Positions 49,779-51,726 of a stretch of DNA of 51,726 nucleotides are shown here, piece by piece. Origin of the DNA: Phoronis australis (Eukaryota > Animalia > Phoronida); assembly GCA_002633005.1 (NCBI GenBank), contig NMRA01000849.1, forward strand, positions 69,571-121,296, given 5' to 3'. A program made the position numbers and the translations under genes. The notes below the pieces were generated by a model that searched no databases, was not told where the DNA came from, and worked only from the letters and a program-made list of their open reading frames with translations. The number at the start of each line of letters is the position of its first letter. The first letter of the stretch is position 1.

Positions 49779-51726
49779 TTTATGCACTCTCATATTCATA
49801 TGTGGGTGCATATTGCCGTTATCCCATATGTCCGGCATCCGTTGCTGTGTCTCCAAAATCCTGTGACGGATGAAAGTGGCAATGGATGTAGGCAACTTTT
49901 GGACGGATCCAACTGCCACTGTGCCACCTATTGGCAATATGCTTTTTTACGTTTTCCTTTATATCTTAGAGACCTCGAGTGATTTTCATGAAGAGCCAAT
50001 GACAGCATCCTATTTTAGGGATAGATTTGATATGTTGCATGACATGTAGTGGCCTATTTTTATTATTTTTGAGTCAGTTTTTTGATGTCCAACTATCCAA
50101 CAAACTCCTCCTTATGAAAACCTTCATGTTTGGTTCTACTAGGAAGAGCACAGCTTGCATTGATGTTCGAATGGCTCTGGCTACTGTAGCACCACCCAGT
50201 GGCATTTGTTTGTCTCCTAAAACTGTTAAATTTTACTGGTGTATTGCTAGAAACGTGACCACGAATAGATGAAAGTGATTGCTGTTGCGCCCATTAGTGG
50301 CACATTTCTACTAATGATTTCCTCCATGTCTTCAAAGTTCCTTGATGGATTTTCATGAAACATGATAGTAAATAGGCTTCTATTGAAGAGATAGTAAACC
50401 CTCTCATTTTCAGTTGGATTCCGTTAAGTAGTCATTATTTTTTAGTCTGGTTTTTATGCACCCACATATTATGTGGTTGCATATTACCGTCTTCTCTGTC
50501 TGTCCGGGTGTCCGGCGTCTGCAGCTGTATCTCCTAAACCTCTCAGGATCTTGAGATTTGGCAGATGAGTTCCTATGAAGCTGACGGGATATGACGACAA
50601 ATTTCGGACCTCTTCGATTACCGGTGTGCCTCCTAGTGGCAATTTTAGTTTTTTACGCTTACCTGTGTATCGTCGGAGGTTCTGAACGAATTTTCATAAA
50701 ATTTGGCAGTTACACATCTATTAGTGAGATGGTGCTATCCTCCCATTTTCTAATGGATTTGAGATTCTTTGCGCCACCTGGTGGCCATTTTTACTGTTTT
50801 CGAGTCTTTTACGGCGTCTAACCTTCTGTCAACCAAACCACTCCAAGGATGATTGTGGAAATTGGCATGTATGTACCTAATGTGAAGAGGAGTGCTGACG
50901 ACCATTTTCCGACTACTTTGAATACTATGGCTCCTCTTAGTGGAAGTTTTGTTTGTTTTTGCACCCGTGGCTGTATCTTCTAAATGCTCCACAGGATCTT
51001 TATTGAATTTTGCTAGAGTATTTATATGAAGTTGACAACAGAGGATGATTGTGGAAATTGGCATGTATGTTCCTGATGTGAAGAGGAGGGCTGACCTTAA
51101 TTTTCTGATGACCTTGACAACCGTGGCACCTCCTAGTGGCAGTTTTTTACGCCCATGGCTGTAACTCCTGAACCCTCCACAGGAGCTTTATTAAATGTAG
51201 CAAGTGTGTTTGTGTGAACTTGACAACAAACGACTACTTTCGGATGGATCGGACTACTGCTGTGCCTCCTACTGGCAATTCTAGTTTTTAGTTTTACCTC
51301 TGTATCTTCGAATATCCTTAACAGATTGTCAAAAAATTTGGCAGATAGGCATCTATTAGTAAGTTGACGCTATCCTCCAATTTTGTTTGATTCGTGGTAT
51401 TTTGCTCCATCTAGTGGCCTTCTTTACTGTTTTCGAGTCTTGTTATTTGGTGTCTGCCCCTCTGTCAACCAAACCATTCAAAGGATGGTTATGGAAATTG
51501 GCATGTTTGTTCCTAAAATGTAAAGAGGAAGTCTGACGATGATTCTCTGCTGACTTCATATACTGTGGCGCCTCTTAGTGGCAGTCACGTTTTTTGACCC
51601 CATAGCTTCCTAGTGGCAATTTCACATTTTTCGTTTTCCTCAGTTCCTCAGAAGTTCCTTCACGGATTTTTATGAAATTTGGTAAATAGCTTTGTTGACA
51701 CATACTAGTTGTCAGATGGATTCGAT
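49779..51726 (+). mobile_element. Two tandem Helentron/HINE-type elements with internal ~140-200-bp repeats (running off the window end)
   Basis: 5' hairpins TTTATGCAC.C.CATAT..ATGTGG.TGCATATT at 49779 and 50451, followed by a GTCY-like microsatellite and repeats ending in CC.CCTAGTGGC. A higher-order duplication links ~50626-50960 with ~51262-51590. Confidence 0.7.

Overview
Eukaryotic, AT-rich, repeat-dense genomic DNA, most likely from a marine invertebrate (lophotrochozoan-like). It is not prokaryotic, so most ORFs in the supplied track are spurious or single exons. Two spliced + strand genes can be rebuilt by hand from GT-AG sites and exon phases. (1) A mosaic extracellular protein: degenerate TSP1?, sushi-like, PAN, PAN and C-type lectin domains (exons between 6.2 and 23.9 kb). 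(2) A RIPK-like TKL kinase with a non-RD catalytic loop (six coding exons, 42.2-49.65 kb, continuing beyond the window). The rest is transposon-derived: a nested Kolobok pair encoding a THAP-transposase N-terminus and a convergent KolX/P2X7-ballast-like ORF; a 5-kb TTAA-flanked TIR element with a decayed two-exon Cys-rich ORF; RTE-X LINE fragments; several Helentron/HINE-type elements (one carrying a phased array of CTCF-like motifs); an inverted repeat pair 23 kb apart; MITE ends; and minisatellites. The 8-mer TACATGTA is strongly over-represented, and one copy is visibly a 6-bp gain, consistent with Tc1/mariner excision footprints. No tRNA, rRNA or CRISPR array was seen. Family assignments come from motif recognition by eye, not database searches.
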